64,000 nt of DNA from assembly GCA_963718665.1 (NCBI GenBank), contig OY970359.1:2208001-2272000 (forward strand), written 5' to 3'. The notes under the pieces were generated by a model. It did not search any database. It saw only the letters and a program-made list of their open reading frames with translations, and was not told where the DNA came from. Shown here one piece after another: positions 48,928-59,751 of this stretch; position 1 is the first letter of the stretch, and each line of letters opens with the position of its first letter. A program made the position numbers and the translations under genes. Origin of the DNA: an uncultured Phycisphaerales bacterium. Its GTDB lineage: Bacteria > Planctomycetota > Phycisphaerae > Sedimentisphaerales > Anaerobacaceae.

Positions 48928-49649
48928 AGTTTCAAAACTATAATCCCGAGCCCGCATCAATGCCTTTCCATACGAGGTTGCTTGGCAAAAGCCGTATGGC
49001 TTTGTTTTCTTTCATCCATTCTTTAAACACTAATTTCGGAACAAGTATTTTTGAGCCGGCTGCTTTAGCATTAGCTTCTTCAAAGTTTGCGAGTGCAGAA
49101 TCACAGCAAACAGCAGGAACACAAATTTATTCCGAGGCGCACAGAGTTATACAAAACATAATGGACGGTTTAGCAACGGCCAATGCTTCGCCAAACAAGC
49201 CACAGGAAATCAATGCAATCAGGGCTGTTTGCACACATGGCGAAATGAAAAATGTCAAACTTACGAAAGTTGACATTAAACTTGTTGCACAAAACGGTAT
49301 AATTTATCTATTCGATCTCAAGACAGCAAAACCAAACGCCGGTGGTTTTAAAGAATTTAAGCGGACACTGTTAGAATGGGTCGCAGCTACGCTTGCAAGC
49401 AATCCAACGGCGAATGTCCAATCCCTTATAGCAATTCCGTACAATCCTTACGAACCTGAACCGTACAATCACTGGACGATGCGAGGAATGCTTGACCTCC
49501 CTAACGAATTGAAAGTTGCAAACGAATTTTGGGATTTTATCGGCGGCGAAGGCGCTTACCAAGATTTGCTCGATATCTTTGAAAGGGTAGGAATTGAATT
49601 GAGACCTGAAATTGATGCTTACTTCACACGATACAACAGGCAAAATTAA
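48927..49649 (+). pseudogene. TdeIII-like type II restriction endonuclease, apparently 5'-truncated
   Basis: KFQNYNPEPAS-MPFHTRLLG...SLNTNFGTSIFE...VDIKL...DLKTAKPN...IPYNPY. Protein-like frame extends upstream of ATG 48960 to the previous gene's stop with no start codon. Confidence 0.6.
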
Positions 49650-49868
49650 TCAGTGTCATCAGTGAAATCAGTGGCTAAAAAAATATTAGTGTCTTTGTGC
49701 CTTTGTGGCGAATCGCCCCCCCGATTAAAAATTTTGCATTTATAGGCATTTTTCTGTTGCAAAAGTAATAGCTATCCGACATATAAGAGAACAATTCGTT
49801 TGCCGGCTCAATGGTGTTGGCCGGCTAAATTAAGATTTTAGGTTTTTTTTTATGGAGGTTTTTTTAAC

Positions 49869-50054
49869 ATGGCAAAGCAAAAAGAAGTTTTGATTGTCGC
49901 CAGCAAAGTCAGAGCATATGTAAAGGGCAAGAAGATGATGACCTCATCTGATGCGATCGGCGCCATCAGCGATAAGGTCTATTGCATGCTCGACCACGCC
50001 TGCGAGAGAACAAAAGCAAATCGTCGCAGCACTCTTAAACCACAGGACCTCTAA
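49869..50054 (+). CDS. Bacterial histone-fold protein
   Basis: EVLIVASKVRAYVK...MMTSSDAIGAIS...ACERTKANRRSTLKPQDL: three-helix histone fold with RxTxxxxD clamp, resembling Bdellovibrio Bd0055. GGAGG RBS. Confidence 0.88.
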   Translation: MAKQKEVLIVASKVRAYVKGKKMMTSSDAIGAISDKVYCMLDHACERTKANRRSTLKPQDL

Positions 50055-50160
50055 TCTTCCGTTTTATTGCAAAGCAGGCAACTGTTTGGCAATGGCGGTA
50101 TTGGTCCGAACGTAACACCCTTAGTTTAAAGGGGTTATGTTCATAGAAGCAAAAAGCATA

Positions 50161-50197
50161 GAAAGGCCGATATGTCTTCGGGCATATCGGCCTTTTC
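50161..50197 (+). terminator. Intrinsic terminator after the histone gene
   Basis: AAAGGCCGATATGTC-ttcg-GGCATATCGGCCTTTT. Confidence 0.85.
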
Positions 50198-50673
50198 CAT
50201 TTTTTCAGGGTTAAATCCCGTATCTGCCGGTTTTAATACTGCCAATCCCGGCTTAGTTATCACCCCTTAAAGCCGCCGAACACCCTCATTTCAAAAAATC
50301 CCGAAAATTTTCAAAAAATTTTACAAATTCTCATATTGCCTGGCTGCCCCGTACCGGACCGGTAAAATCCAATCGCGTAAAGCTCAAAGTGCCCTGTTAG
50401 CCAAAAAAACTCAACTGTAAGCCCTGAAAAGCCCGATTATTGTATCAGATAGCTTGTTTTCGGGTATGGCGTCCGGCTTTGTTTTTGGACGTAATTTAAG
50501 ATGGTCTAAGTTCCTGACGATACCGTTGGAGTAGGGTAATCGGCGGCTTAACGGTTTATTGGAGTATTTGTTGTTCCACACCGCTTTTTATGGAACGTGG
50601 TTATAAATCATTGCAAATTAAATAATTAACACATTACAAAATATTAACGCCTGTTAGGCAACGAGGTAGAACG

Positions 50674-51969
50674 ATGAAAGTTTTCATGCTTGGTTGGGAA
50701 TTCCCGCCGTATATTTCAGGGGGATTGGGTACGGCGTGTTATGGCCTGACCAAGGCGCTCGACCAGATGGGGGTTCAGATAACTTTCGTGTTGCCGACGG
50801 CGGTTCAAACGCAATATGCAAGTCATGTGAAATTGGTAAGCCCGGCAGTTCAGGTGGAATCGGCGGAGACGTCAGGGCGGGTGCGGCATCTAAAAAATGT
50901 CAAATTCCGGGCGCTTACCTCCCCGTTACAGCCATATCAAACAGCGAACAGCTACCGGAAAAGAATCGAGGATTCGCTTGCCCAGCTTCGCATGGCGCAT
51001 GGCAAGACAGACCAGTTTGTCGGCACGCTGGATTACAGCGGGGATATGTACGCGGAAGTTCAGCGGTACGCGGAGCTGGCGATACGGTTGGCGGCGAATG
51101 AGGAATTCGACGTTATTCACGCCCATGACTGGATGACGTACCCGGCAGGGGCGGCGGTGGCAAGGTTGACAGGCAAGCCGTTGGTGATACACGTTCACTC
51201 AACGGAGTTTGACCGCAGCGGGGAGCACGTCAACCAGATGATTTACGACATCGAGCGGATGGGGATGCACGTCGCGGACAAGATAATCGCGGTGAGCCAT
51301 CTTACGAGAAACATAATCATCAGCCGATACGGGGTAAGCGGGGACAAGGTCGAGGTCGTTTACAACGGGGTCGAGAGAAACGGCAATAATAACTGGCCCA
51401 TCGGCGATACCATAATCAACAGGGACGAGAAAATCGTTCTGTTTCTGGGCCGGATAACGATGCAGAAAGGCCCTGATTATTTCCTGCGGGCAGCCAAGAA
51501 GGTCCTGGAAAAGATAGACAACGTGAAATTCGTAATGGCCGGGTCGGGGGACATGATGAACCGGTCGGTCGAAATGGCCGCGGGGCTGGGGATAGGGAGC
51601 AAGGTTTTGTTTACGGGCTTTTTGCGAGGCGACGACGTTAATAAGATTTTCAAGATGGCGGACCTGTATGTTATGCCGTCGGTGTCGGAGCCATTCGGGA
51701 TTGCACCTCTTGAGGCATTGGACAACGATGTTCCCATCATAATCAGCAAGCAAAGCGGCGTTTCAGAGGTCATTCAGCATGCGCTTAAGGTTGATTTCTG
51801 GGACGTCGATGAGATAGCGAACAAGATAGTTGCCGTATTGAAGTATCCGCCACTGGGGATAACGCTGCGAAGCCACGGCAATTACGAGGTAAGAAAGCTT
51901 CGGTGGAGTGATTCGGCGGCAAAATGCGCGAGGATTTATGAAGATACGCTTGTTGGCGCGGGCGTGTAG
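50674..51969 (+). CDS. GT4-family glycosyltransferase, glycogen-synthase-like
   Basis: GWEFPPYISGGLG, HAHDW, GRITMQKG, PSVSEPFGIAPLEA. Confidence 0.92.
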   Translation: MKVFMLGWEFPPYISGGLGTACYGLTKALDQMGVQITFVLPTAVQTQYASHVKLVSPAVQVESAETSGRVRHLKNVKFRALTSPLQPYQTANSYRKRIEDSLAQLRMAHGKTDQFVGTLDYSGDMYAEVQRYAELAIRLAANEEFDVIHAHDWMTYPAGAAVARLTGKPLVIHVHSTEFDRSGEHVNQMIYDIERMGMHVADKIIAVSHLTRNIIISRYGVSGDKVEVVYNGVERNGNNNWPIGDTIINRDEKIVLFLGRITMQKGPDYFLRAAKKVLEKIDNVKFVMAGSGDMMNRSVEMAAGLGIGSKVLFTGFLRGDDVNKIFKMADLYVMPSVSEPFGIAPLEALDNDVPIIISKQSGVSEVIQHALKVDFWDVDEIANKIVAVLKYPPLGITLRSHGNYEVRKLRWSDSAAKCARIYEDTLVGAGV

Positions 51970-52083
51970 CCACAGAGAACACAGAGGACACAGAGAATAA
52001 AGTAAAAAATGGAATACAGAGGCAATCAGGGTACCAGGGAATCAGGTAATTACGGTTAACACACTTTAGACGAGGGCAAAGGA

Positions 52084-53298
52084 ATGGCTTCGGTTTGCTT
52101 TTACTTTCAGGTTCATCAGCCGACACGGTTGAGGCACTACACCGTATTTGACGACCACAGCTATTATTTCGACGACCACAAGAACGCGGAGATTTGCCGA
52201 AAGGTTGCCAACAAGTGTTATCTTCCCGCCAACCGCCTGATGCTCGATTTGATTCGCAAATACGACGGTAAATTCAGAATCTCATACAGCGTTACGGGAG
52301 TTCTCTTAGAGCAACTTAGCGCATATTGCCCTGAAGTGCTGAGCACGTTCGATGCGCTTGCGAGGACGGGATGCGTGGAGTTTCTGGGGGAGACGTATTA
52401 TCACAGTTTGAGCTTTCTGTATTCGCGCAACGAGTTCGCGGCCCAGGTTAGCAAGCATACACAAAAAATAAAGGAGCTTTTCGGTCAGACGCCGAAGGTC
52501 TTCAGAAATACGGAGCTAATCTATAATAACGAGCTGGCGTCGATGATTGAGTCGATGGGATGTTTCGACGCGATACTCAGCGAAGGAGCGGACCATATAC
52601 TTGGGTATCGAAGCCCGAATTTTGTGTATAGTCCGAAGGGGTGCAGCCGGCTGAAACTGCTGCTCAAAAATTACCAGTTGAGCGACGATATTGCTTTTCG
52701 GTTTTCGAACAGGGACTGGGCACAATGGCCATTGACGGCGGACAAGTTCGGGCACTGGATTGGCAAGGTGAACGGCAACGGTTTTGTGGTGAACCTGTTT
52801 ATGGACTACGAGACGTTAGGCGAGCACCAGTGGAAGGAGACGGGGATTTTTGACTTTATACGACATCTGCCGGGCGAGGTTTTCAAACATCCGGACAATG
52901 ACTTCAAGACGCCGAGCGAGGTTGTGAAGGCATATCAGCCGATAGGGGTAATTGATGTGCCTCACCTGATAAGCTGGGCGGACATCGAGAGGGACTTGTC
53001 GGCGTGGTTAGGCAACGCGATGCAGTCGAACGCTATTCATGAGCTTTACCGGCTGGAAAAGAAGATTAAAGCGTCGGAAGACCAGAACCTTATAAATGAC
53101 TGGCGAAAAATGCAGACATCAGACCATTTCTATTATATGTGCACGAAGTGGTTCGCGGACGGGGACGTACACAAATATTTCAATCCTTATGATTCGCCAT
53201 ACGAATCATACATCAACTTCATGAACATCTTAGGCAACCTTCAGGGCCGATGCGCCAGGCATCAACAACAGGCGGTGCCGGCAGGGGCAGTGGCGTAA
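52084..53298 (+). CDS. GH57 glycoside hydrolase (alpha-amylase type)
   Basis: QVHQP, ETYYHS, FRNTELIY, LSDDIAFRFS, MDYETLGEH, SWAD.ERDLSAW. Confidence 0.95.
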   Translation: MASVCFYFQVHQPTRLRHYTVFDDHSYYFDDHKNAEICRKVANKCYLPANRLMLDLIRKYDGKFRISYSVTGVLLEQLSAYCPEVLSTFDALARTGCVEFLGETYYHSLSFLYSRNEFAAQVSKHTQKIKELFGQTPKVFRNTELIYNNELASMIESMGCFDAILSEGADHILGYRSPNFVYSPKGCSRLKLLLKNYQLSDDIAFRFSNRDWAQWPLTADKFGHWIGKVNGNGFVVNLFMDYETLGEHQWKETGIFDFIRHLPGEVFKHPDNDFKTPSEVVKAYQPIGVIDVPHLISWADIERDLSAWLGNAMQSNAIHELYRLEKKIKASEDQNLINDWRKMQTSDHFYYMCTKWFADGDVHKYFNPYDSPYESYINFMNILGNLQGRCARHQQQAVPAGAVA

Positions 53299-53412
53299 GG
53301 TCATTTTAGATTTTCGACCCTTCGACTGCTTCGACAAGTTCCCCGGCCTACGGATTGCCAGGGCAGGCGGGCGGATAAGGAAACCCTGAAATTCCTATGA
53401 CCAGGCAAGGAA

Positions 53413-54273
53413 TCAGTCCTTTTCGGACAGGTTGTCATTGAATTTACTACGATTGGCATCCCACCATTTTTTGGCTTGGTCGTAGGTGTCGAATTTCTGC
53501 GAGATGAGAAAATCAATCTCGGTTCTGACGTTGTAGCGGAAATCGGGTTCGGCGTCTTTGAGGCCTGTAATGAGAATATCCATAGCGGCAGGACTGGAGA
53601 CGTCAACGAGGGCAGAGACCGAGTCCTCTTTGACGTCCTCGTACGAGCTGGTGATGCCTGCCTTGAGAACGGACAGACAGATAGCAGGGTCTTTCTGGGC
53701 TGCGATCTGAATTGCGCGGGTCCTGACTTCCTGGCTTGAATTGCCGATGGCTGCAAGGAGAACATTTTCCACGGCGGGGTTTGTTATGGCGGAGCAGGCC
53801 TCGATTGCGCTTTTTCGGACTTCCGGTTCGCTGTCTTTAAGCGCCTTGGCGGCAACGTAAAGGATATTCGGGTCATCGAGGTCTTCTATCGAGAGCATTT
53901 CCATAGCGGTTTTGCGAACCTTGACATCGTTATCATCGAGGACTTTATAAACCATGCCCGCTTTTGATCCGGGGTGCTCATCGGCATACTTTGTTATAAA
54001 GGCGATTTTTTCTTCAGCGAAGTGCATTGATTCGTAAGGTTGAAAATCAGGGGGCTCGGGCAGGGCCGGCTTTGGGGGCTGTTCGGCGGCAGCCGGCGGC
54101 TGAATCTTGGTTTCGAGCTTAGGCGTCTTCTTCTCGCTCGATGCCGAGGATGGAGGCGTCTGGGAGGATTTACCCTGTTTTCTCGGACAGCCGGCTGCGA
54201 AAATCACCGCCAAGGCGAGCGTTACCATCAACCCTGTTTTAACAGCCATTTCAAACCTGAATATACGGTCCAT
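53413..54273 (-). CDS. HEAT-repeat lipoprotein
   Basis: Lipobox AAGC, Pro-rich linker, repeats of L.D....VR..A. Confidence 0.85.
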   Translation of the reverse strand: MDRIFRFEMAVKTGLMVTLALAVIFAAGCPRKQGKSSQTPPSSASSEKKTPKLETKIQPPAAAEQPPKPALPEPPDFQPYESMHFAEEKIAFITKYADEHPGSKAGMVYKVLDDNDVKVRKTAMEMLSIEDLDDPNILYVAAKALKDSEPEVRKSAIEACSAITNPAVENVLLAAIGNSSQEVRTRAIQIAAQKDPAICLSVLKAGITSSYEDVKEDSVSALVDVSSPAAMDILITGLKDAEPDFRYNVRTEIDFLISQKFDTYDQAKKWWDANRSKFNDNLSEKD

Positions 54274-54537
54274 ATTTTATATTCCTCAAAAAAAGTTTGG
54301 CCACCCGCCTCGCCGCATAGCGGTGGGCGAGGTCTCGCCAGAGGCGGACAGAGATATTATAGCCACAGAGCACACAGAGAGCACAGAGAATTGTTTTTTC
54401 AGACACGGATTTACACTGCATTTACTCGGCTTTGCGTTCTGCGGCAAGGCCTTTTTCCCCGAAGTACACTTCTTTAAAAGGCCATTGCCTTGCCCGCGAA
54501 GGCCTTTGGCCTTCATTACTAAGCCGAGCAAATAACA

Positions 54538-54600
54538 CCCTTCTTCGTTGACCCTTCGCCGCGCTGCGTGCTATGTAGGGCAGGAACTACGCAGGGCAGG
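54538..54600. repeat. Nested palindromic elements (CGTAG/CGAAG family)
   Basis: Minus strand cctgccctgcgtagtt[cctgccctacatagc...ggcgaaggg]tcaacgaagaaggg: one copy inside the loop of another. Confidence 0.6.
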
Positions 54601-54902
54601 CGGATTTAGACGGAAGACATTGCGGATTTTGATGTTATCGCCTTATGGCGCTAAGCTTTTTTGACCTGCCGGTTTTATCTTTGAATCGCCAAAACCAACA
54701 ACAAAAAGGGGCCTGACCTCTTTTCGCGCTTTTCCCTTTTTCCTCCCTTGGTTGAACATGGCTAAATACGGATGAGGATTTGGTTATTTTGACTCGCAAA
54801 AACAATTGACGATTCCGTTTGGCTTACGATAGAATACTTTCCCAGTCGAGTGGTTAATCTGTTTTGATATGAGAAGACATTTGTTGTTGAGAGGGACAAA
54901 AA

Positions 54903-56024
54903 ATGAGGAACATAACAATCGTCATTATTATCAGTGTTCTTGCGATATTTTTTGCAGGCGGATGCGCTATTAAGCCAAAACCGGCGGCTGTCGAATTAAA
55001 GTACGGTGATTTTCCGCCGGCACTTAGGCAAATGATTGACGATAGAATCAAGGAGGTAAATTCGGGCGGGGTAATATGTGTAGCCGGGAGAGTAAAGATG
55101 AGTGATGGGGCACATATCGGGAGCGGAAAAGATGTTAAAGTGAATTTCCAAGCCGGCTCTGATGAGCAGCTTTGGATATATGACGACGGGTGGTTTATTA
55201 TGGGGCGACCGGTTAAACATAACACCAGCTACGGACCGGGGAAAATTGTGATAAGTGCCTTCGGATATGACCCGATTGATGCGGCCATACCTATTCTACA
55301 GAAAGATATTACATACGCAGAATTTATATTGAATAAGACGCCAGCCGACAAACTGGCAGGTATTTCAGGTGTGATAACGAATGGGCAGGACCAGAGCATC
55401 GCAGGAGCAATGGTCAATATATCATTTCCGTTATCCTATAGTGTAGTGAATGAACAGCCGCAAAGGTCGATGAATACAGAGCCAAACGGACATTATTCGT
55501 TTGAGGGGTTATCCTCAACTGAATATCATCTCTGGATTCCGGCATTTGCCGGTTATGCAGGTATTGCTTTCGACGTAACACCACAGGCGGGTGAGAAGAA
55601 AATAGAAAATCGAAAACTATATAAAAATCGCAGTATTATTATTGATTATGTATATCAGGCGGACGGTAATCGAAGCTTTACGGAGGGAAATATTAAAAAA
55701 GGACAAGTTGAATGGAGTGTGGGGTCTGATGGAATGGATTTTTCAGAGGGCAGGGTAGTTGGTTATAACTACAATAGGACGATGCGAGACCTTGAAATGC
55801 GGCGAGATCAGGACAGGCTGATATTCCAGGTATTTTACGCCAACGGAAAAGGTAACGGATTCTACGATGCGGGGGAAACGGATTTTGAATCGGTTACAGA
55901 GGCGACAGAAAGCGGTTATTCCACCGGGTCCAAACCATGTTTAGTCGGGCACGTCTATGTTGTTCGCACATGCGAAAATAACTACGCGAAATTTATTGTG
56001 AGAAGCATTTCCGTGAACAAATAA
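54903..56024 (+). CDS. Lipoprotein with carboxypeptidase-regulatory-like (Ig/prealbumin) domains
   Basis: Lipobox AGGC; ISGVIT...IAGAMV...TEPNGHYSFEGL...Y.L. TTGACG-18-TAGAAT upstream. Confidence 0.75.
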   Translation: MRNITIVIIISVLAIFFAGGCAIKPKPAAVELKYGDFPPALRQMIDDRIKEVNSGGVICVAGRVKMSDGAHIGSGKDVKVNFQAGSDEQLWIYDDGWFIMGRPVKHNTSYGPGKIVISAFGYDPIDAAIPILQKDITYAEFILNKTPADKLAGISGVITNGQDQSIAGAMVNISFPLSYSVVNEQPQRSMNTEPNGHYSFEGLSSTEYHLWIPAFAGYAGIAFDVTPQAGEKKIENRKLYKNRSIIIDYVYQADGNRSFTEGNIKKGQVEWSVGSDGMDFSEGRVVGYNYNRTMRDLEMRRDQDRLIFQVFYANGKGNGFYDAGETDFESVTEATESGYSTGSKPCLVGHVYVVRTCENNYAKFIVRSISVNK

Positions 56025-56201
56025 ACGGAGGGGATAATTTAGTTTTAAGTGTTGAGTGTTTAGTTTTGAGTTATGGAAGCGGAGTGGATAATTGTCGATT
56101 GGCGATTGACGATTTGCGATTGGGGGATGAGGAAAGAACTGTTTTTATGACCCCGAAGCAGGTTTCGGGACTAAACAAAACAAATTACTGCGATGAAAAA
56201 T

Positions 56202-57323
56202 TTATTCGAGAATGGAGGTGACGGTTTGTTTGGCAGCGCCGTCTGGTTTGAGGGTCTTTTCCATTTTGCCGGGATTTGAGGAGCGTGCAATGGCCTCATC
56301 TCTGGCGATGCAGCCCTTGAAATAAGCGTCGGCGATACTGTAGTCCATTGTCTGCATGCCGAATTTTCTGCTGGTTTCGATGACGTTGGCGATTTCGTAG
56401 ATGCGGTTTTCGCGGATGCAGTTTCGGACAGCCGATGTGCAGAGGAGGATTTCGGTGCAGGGGACCATGCCGGGCTTGTCAATTCTGCGGAACAATGTCT
56501 GCGAGATGACTGCCTGGAGTGTGTTTGCGAGCATCGTTCGAATCTGATTTTGCTGGCCTGCGGGGTAGATATCGATGATGCGCTCGATGGTTTGAGCGGC
56601 ATTTATAGTGTGCAGTGTTGAGAAGACGAGGTGGCCCGTTTCTGCGGCGGTTACGGTGGAACGGCAGGTTTCGAGGTCACGCATTTCGCCTACCATAATG
56701 ATATCGGGGTCCTGACGCAGGACGCGTTTGAGAGCGGAGCCGAAGCTTGGGCAGTCGAAGCCGATTTCGCGCTGTTCGATTATGCTCATCCTGTTTTCGA
56801 GGGCATATTCGATAGGGTCTTCGAGTGTGATGATGTGCTTGCGATATTTGGTATTTATGACGCCGAGCATCGAGGCGAGTGTGGTGCTTTTGCCTGCGCC
56901 GGTGTGGCCCGTAACGAGGACGAGTCCGCGCGGCAGGTCGGTGAGTTCTTTAACGATTGGGGCAAGGTGCAGGTCGTCGAGGTTTGGAATCCGATTAGGA
57001 ATCAGACGAAAAGCGATAGCGATGGTTCCTCTCTGGTAGTGAGCGTTGACACGGAACCGATGGCCATCGTCGAGAGTGGTTGAGAAGTCGGCGTCGCGGA
57101 GCGTTTCGAATTTTTTGAAGCGGTCCGGGCCGAGCATCGCAAGAACCATTTCCTTGGCGTGTTCGTTGCTGATGATGGGGAAATCCATATCAATAAGGTC
57201 GGTGTTTTTACGGAGAATGGGCGGCAGCCCCACGTTGATATGAACATCGCTTGCGCTTTGTCCAATAGCAGTCGTAAGTATTGTTTTTACGTCAACCATA
57301 AGCTCTCGCTCAGAACAGCCCAT
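56202..57323 (-). CDS. pilT: PilT/PilU-family type IV pilus ATPase
   Basis: ASDVHI, RFRVNA, GHTGAGKST, TLEDPIE, LRQDPDIIMVGEMRD, TGHLVFSTLH, GMQTMD. Start may be 57299. Confidence 0.93.
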   Translation of the reverse strand: MGCSERELMVDVKTILTTAIGQSASDVHINVGLPPILRKNTDLIDMDFPIISNEHAKEMVLAMLGPDRFKKFETLRDADFSTTLDDGHRFRVNAHYQRGTIAIAFRLIPNRIPNLDDLHLAPIVKELTDLPRGLVLVTGHTGAGKSTTLASMLGVINTKYRKHIITLEDPIEYALENRMSIIEQREIGFDCPSFGSALKRVLRQDPDIIMVGEMRDLETCRSTVTAAETGHLVFSTLHTINAAQTIERIIDIYPAGQQNQIRTMLANTLQAVISQTLFRRIDKPGMVPCTEILLCTSAVRNCIRENRIYEIANVIETSRKFGMQTMDYSIADAYFKGCIARDEAIARSSNPGKMEKTLKPDGAAKQTVTSILE

Positions 57324-57594
57324 TTAAATTATAAGATGTTTATTCAAAGGTACTTAGCGCAATACCAGTAATCCCGCATAATTTCATCGACATAAGGAGG
57401 GGGCGGCTGAAGGAGTTTATTGATTATTGATGATTGAAAATGGGTCCCCTGTTCAAATCCAAGGTAGCAGCACTCGGGGATGACGCTATCGCGTCAATTA
57501 CGCAGATTTTTGGAGTAGCCACCCCCGCCGTTTTGTGAAACAAAACGAGACGCGGGGGTCTTCGCTACGCTTCGAGGGCCGATAATATCGGGGA

Positions 57595-58413
57595 TTATGT
57601 TGGGTTATGTTTTAGAGCGATGCCGTAGAATCGCCAGACGGACTGGAAATCTTTATGGGACATTTTGATTTTGCCGAGGATGGGGTCGCCGATTATCACG
57701 TTTTTATCGGTGACATCGAGAATGGCGACGCAATGGTCGAGGAGGAAGGCGTCTTTGATGACGGCAAGGGTAACATCAGCATCTTTCAATTGATTGACAG
57801 AGTCGAACTGGCGGAATTGGCAATCGACGCCGGATGCGGCGTATCGGTCCTGGATGGCTTTGCAGAGCGACCAGGGCATAGTGCCAACGATGGGGCTTGT
57901 GTGGGAAAGGACGGCTAATTCGCCTTCCTGGGCGGGGAAGCCAAGTTTTCGAAGAGCAGTAACGGCGGCAGCGGGGCCGCAGGTGTAGGATGTTGATTGA
58001 ACGCAGATATTGTCGGCGTTGGTTATGGTTGGCAGATTGGCGAGGTCGTTTTTGAGTATTAAGGGCAGTGCGAAAGGCAGGACCGCGCCCCATGTGACGA
58101 CGCCGAGCATAAACAGGAAAACGACGGATTTTTCGATGCGGTTTGTGAGCCGGCCTATGAGGGTCATAGCACCCATTGTGACGGTAAGGGCGATAATAAT
58201 GAAGCGCAGACGGCCTGAGGAAATCCAGGCGAAGAGGGGATTGAAAGCGTTAAGGCCTGCGACGGTTATAAAGAGGAGCAGGAAGATGATGGCCAGGGGG
58301 AGGAAATAGCCGAAGCCCCAGTAAGGGCTTTTTAGACGCGAAAAGGAGCGGCCGCATTTGGCCCCTATGAACGCTGCGTATATGACGCCTGCTAATTCAA
58401 ACCACCCGCCCAT
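57595..58413 (-). CDS. Four-TM protein with C-terminal C39-family cysteine peptidase domain
   Basis: QSTSYTCGPAA, DHCVAI, IGDP give the Q/C/H/D set. Confidence 0.82.
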   Translation of the reverse strand: MGGWFELAGVIYAAFIGAKCGRSFSRLKSPYWGFGYFLPLAIIFLLLFITVAGLNAFNPLFAWISSGRLRFIIIALTVTMGAMTLIGRLTNRIEKSVVFLFMLGVVTWGAVLPFALPLILKNDLANLPTITNADNICVQSTSYTCGPAAAVTALRKLGFPAQEGELAVLSHTSPIVGTMPWSLCKAIQDRYAASGVDCQFRQFDSVNQLKDADVTLAVIKDAFLLDHCVAILDVTDKNVIIGDPILGKIKMSHKDFQSVWRFYGIALKHNPT

Positions 58414-58602
58414 TTTCTTCCCCTCCGGCCTGTGCCGGGTTAAATAGATGCCCTAATGATATAAGCTGATGTTCCCTCACTCGCTTGATTTTGATTATAG
58501 CAGATTTGGGGACTTAAATCAAGGGAAATTAGTGGATTGCCGAATGTCGATTTCCGAAGCGGGCCCTGCGCTTTGCTGCGTGTGCGATTGTCGATTGATT
58601 AT

Positions 58603-59751
58603 TCAAAGGCGATTGACAGAAGCGGCGAGATAGTAGCGTTTTATGAAATTTTGTTCGGTTTTGGTGAGCGGGACGAGGCCGCCGAAATGCAAGGCCCAGA
58701 GGCGGACGAGTGTTGTGCCTGTGGCGAAATCCTTAACGATGGGAGCGTTTTTTTTGTCGGCGGCGATGAAAAGGCCGATGCCTTTGACGAGAAACGCGGA
58801 GACAGGTTTGCTGCCGTCTCGCACAATCTTTCTCATACCTGACGCCATTTTTTCCGGAGAAGGTGTTTCGACCCACATCGGGGTGCCATTGACATAGACC
58901 ATTTCTGCGGGTTCGAGGGGGCCCATGGCGAGGAGTTTTGCGGCATCGGGGCGAGTTAAAAAACAGGCTATTGTTTTATTGTAAATGAAGGTGATGGGGA
59001 GGCATTGGCCGGTTGTATTGAAGACGGCTTTTTGAATAGCGGATTTGACTGCGAGAATTTTTTTCGTGGCGGGTGGTTTGAGGCGTAAAGGTTTTAATTT
59101 GGGGAGATTATTTTTGCAGCGATTGAGGACTTTGTGCAAGAGGCGCATCGCGTCGGGGGCGTTTTTGGCAGCGACGAACAGGCCGTGTTTGGCGAGGAAA
59201 ATAATCGCGGGTTTTCTGCTGTAACGCTTTTCGTAGGCGGTTACGAGGTGTGATGTTTTTATCGCGAGCGGGAAACCGGGCGGAGCGTAGGGAATCCAGA
59301 GCGGGGGGTATTTTTCGGATTTGAAGAGTTTTGTGATTTCGGCACGGCCGTTTTTGGAATTGACATACGCGCCTACGACCAAGGGGTGCAGGTGGATGAC
59401 GCATTTATCGAGAAGGGCGTGCAAGTTGGCTTCAACAGAGGGGCGGGCTGTGCTTGCTATGCCGTCGCAGCAGTATGTTAGGAGTCGGGCGGTAATTTGG
59501 GGTTCTCGTTTGGCGGTGGGGAGTTTGGCGAGGCACTCATCATTGATGACGCCGTGAACTTTGTCGAGGCGGAGTTTTCGCCAGCCGCGATGGGCCTTCA
59601 TATCTTTGAGGGCGGTGCCGCTTGCCTTGATGAACATATATTTGCCGTCGCTGGTTTTGACGGAGGTGTTGCCGCCGGCGGCTTGGGTAAGAGCAGGGTC
59701 TTTGCCCGTTTCGTTGGATATTCTTATCAGATCCGAAAGGGCGTTATCCAT
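58603..59751 (-). CDS. Class II aldolase/adducin family protein (rhamnulose-1-P aldolase-like)
   Basis: GGNTSVK, IKASG, PSVE..LH, IHLHP, LAKHGL. Confidence 0.85.
   Translation of the reverse strand: MDNALSDLIRISNETGKDPALTQAAGGNTSVKTSDGKYMFIKASGTALKDMKAHRGWRKLRLDKVHGVINDECLAKLPTAKREPQITARLLTYCCDGIASTARPSVEANLHALLDKCVIHLHPLVVGAYVNSKNGRAEITKLFKSEKYPPLWIPYAPPGFPLAIKTSHLVTAYEKRYSRKPAIIFLAKHGLFVAAKNAPDAMRLLHKVLNRCKNNLPKLKPLRLKPPATKKILAVKSAIQKAVFNTTGQCLPITFIYNKTIACFLTRPDAAKLLAMGPLEPAEMVYVNGTPMWVETPSPEKMASGMRKIVRDGSKPVSAFLVKGIGLFIAADKKNAPIVKDFATGTTLVRLWALHFGGLVPLTKTEQNFIKRYYLAASVNRL

Noticed and set aside
57443..57472. tRNA-like GGTCCCCTGTTCAAATCCAAGG
   Set aside because: T-stem does not pair and the upstream sequence is a heptamer tract.
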